Below, piece by piece: positions 13,390 to 64,000 of a stretch of DNA of 64,000 nucleotides; the stretch's first letter is position 1, and each line of letters opens with the position of its first letter. Where the stretch lies: NCBI GenBank assembly GCA_034780895.1, contig JAUZTB010000107.1, forward strand, positions 59,850,262 to 59,914,261, in the 5' to 3' direction. The stretch comes from Rhynchobatus australiae (lineage: Eukaryota). The translations under genes were made by a program, and so were the position numbers. Below the pieces are notes generated by a model. That model made no database searches. It worked only from the letters and a program-made list of their open reading frames with translations, and was not told the origin of the DNA.

Positions 13390-13640
13390 TTACAAAGAGG
13401 TAGGAGGTTTAGATGACATCTGATGGGGATTTTTTTTCACACAGAGGTTGGAGTCTGGAATCTGCTGCCTGAACAGGTGGTAGAAACGGAGACTCTCACA
13501 ACATTTAGAAGCATCTAGACAAGTACTTGAATTGCCAAGGCATAGCAGGCTATGGACTTAACGCAGGCAAATGGGATTAGTATAGATGGGTGCAAAGGTC
13601 AGCATGGATACGGTGGTGTTCCTGTGCTCTATGACAATGT
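13390..13640 (+). mobile_element. CR1 3' UTR fragment
   Basis: tttttcacacagagg..tggaatctgctgcctga..acatttagaagcatctagacaagtacttgaa. Confidence 0.7.
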
Positions 13641-14149
13641 GATGGAGAGTGTTCGCATTGGAAGAAGGGATTTGACTGCACGAGAACTGTGCGGTGATGA
13701 CTCTTATGNNNNNNNNNNNNNNNNNNNNNNNNNNNNNNNNNNNNNNNNNNNNNNNNNNNNNNNNNNNNNNNNNNNNNNNNNNNNNNNNNNNNNNNNNNNN
13801 NNNNNNNNGGTTTCTGGACAGATATGTATAGATTGACAAGGAAGAGATCATTTGGGTGTTTGCTGGTGCTTACGGGAGGCTCAGTATATATCTCAAGATG
13901 CCAACGTGATCAGTGGGAATGTCACCACAGCTACTCCCACAATGGTGTTCAACATGGAAGAGCACAGCTTTATCAGCTCATCAGTTTGGTGGAAGGTTTC
14001 CATAGGAATCATAGAATATGTAGGGCCCTGGCTGCCCTCAGCTCTTGGCTGTACATAAATGAGGAGATGACACTCTAGATCTTCTCATGAGCAACAAGGC
14101 GAGGCCCTGTTCTTCCCTCTGGCTCCTCTTCATTGATATTCCAGCATTC

Positions 14150-14410
14150 CATAAAGAAGGACACCTACTCAGGATGTTCCAAAGTGCAAAGGAACTACTT
14201 TGTGAATTGTAGTCAATGTAATGGATAATCCAGCAGCTAATTAAGACTCAGTAAGGTCCCACAACAGTGTTGAGGTAAATCACCAGTCAATCTGATCTTG
14301 TGATATTGGTTAAGGAATCAATATTGGACTAATATCCTTCCCTTCTTCAAAATGGTGCCATGGGATCAGTTGCAGAGACTGGAGAGAGTGGATGGGGCTT
14401 TTGATCACTA
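14150..14410 (-). mobile_element. Deu-type SINE remnant
   Basis: ggatgttccaaagtgc..tgtagtcaatgtaa..cagctaatt..ggtcccacaac..cttcttcaaaat..ccatgggatc. Confidence 0.55.
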
Positions 14411-14693
14411 AAGGCCACCAACTCTTGACAGCATGACTCTTAGACCTGGACTGGATCTTGAGGGATCTGCAGCCTGACATTCTGGTCCAGGACTCAGGGA
14501 CTGCCCACTCCCCTGCCCCCTGGGCTGGGTTGGACTGCCCCCTGCCCACTCCAACCTCCCCTGCTCCACCCACTTTAGAGAAATGTCATGGAGTGAGGGT
14601 GTCATTGCTTTATGTCACTCCGTAGGCTGTAAGTTGTTGGAATGGTGCGCTGGTAAACCTGTCCCCTCACTTGTCTCTTTTTTTCTCTTGCAG

Positions 14694-63703
<49,010 letters not shown>

Positions 63704-63844
63704 TGACCTGAAATGTTGACTGTCCATTTCCATCGACAGATGCTGCCTGGACCACTGAGTTTCTCCATCAGTTTGTTTTTTAATCCAGATTCCAGCATCT
63801 GCAGTTTCTTGTATCTTCATCAGTAATGAGGACCTTGATCATAA

Positions 63845-64000
63845 AAAACAATTGTTTTACTAATACCCTTCAAGGAATGAGCTCTGCTGTTCTTACCCAG
63901 TCTGGCTCATATTTCTTTTTACCAGACTCACTGTACCATGGTTGACTCTAACAGCTCTCTGAAACATCCAGCAATCGCTTTGATTTCAGGGACAATTATT
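63845..64000 (+). mobile_element. SINE/LINE 3' remnant
   Basis: tctgctgttcttacccagtctggc..tggttgactctaacagctctctgaaa..gggacaatta. Confidence 0.5.

Overview
Eukaryotic (vertebrate) DNA from a gappy draft assembly. The repeat content (V/HE1-type tRNA SINEs, CR1, Penelope, Deu-type SINEs, Tx1) points to a cartilaginous fish, probably a ray or shark; this is an inference. The window is dominated by one + strand kinesin-3 gene, KIF1A or KIF1A-like. I can read 22 AG/GT-bounded coding exons from 14694 to 63564 in consistent phase, covering the motor domain, neck coil/CC1, FHA and CC2/CC3 regions. The ATG exon is not visible and the gene continues past the right edge. The rest is intronic sequence filled with decayed retroelements, minisatellites and N gaps, several of which are false gaps with overlapping flanks. 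I found no RNA genes, CRISPR arrays or prokaryotic systems, and no convincing new biological system. The best oddities are: two ~75%-identical versions of one exon segment across a gap; an exon-like echo and a candidate internal first or poison exon just upstream of the FHA exons; a K-loop microexon; a 78-nt alternative acceptor; a perfect RFX X-box; and a 34-bp-arm hairpin. All family assignments are from motif recognition, not database searches, and repeat boundaries are approximate.
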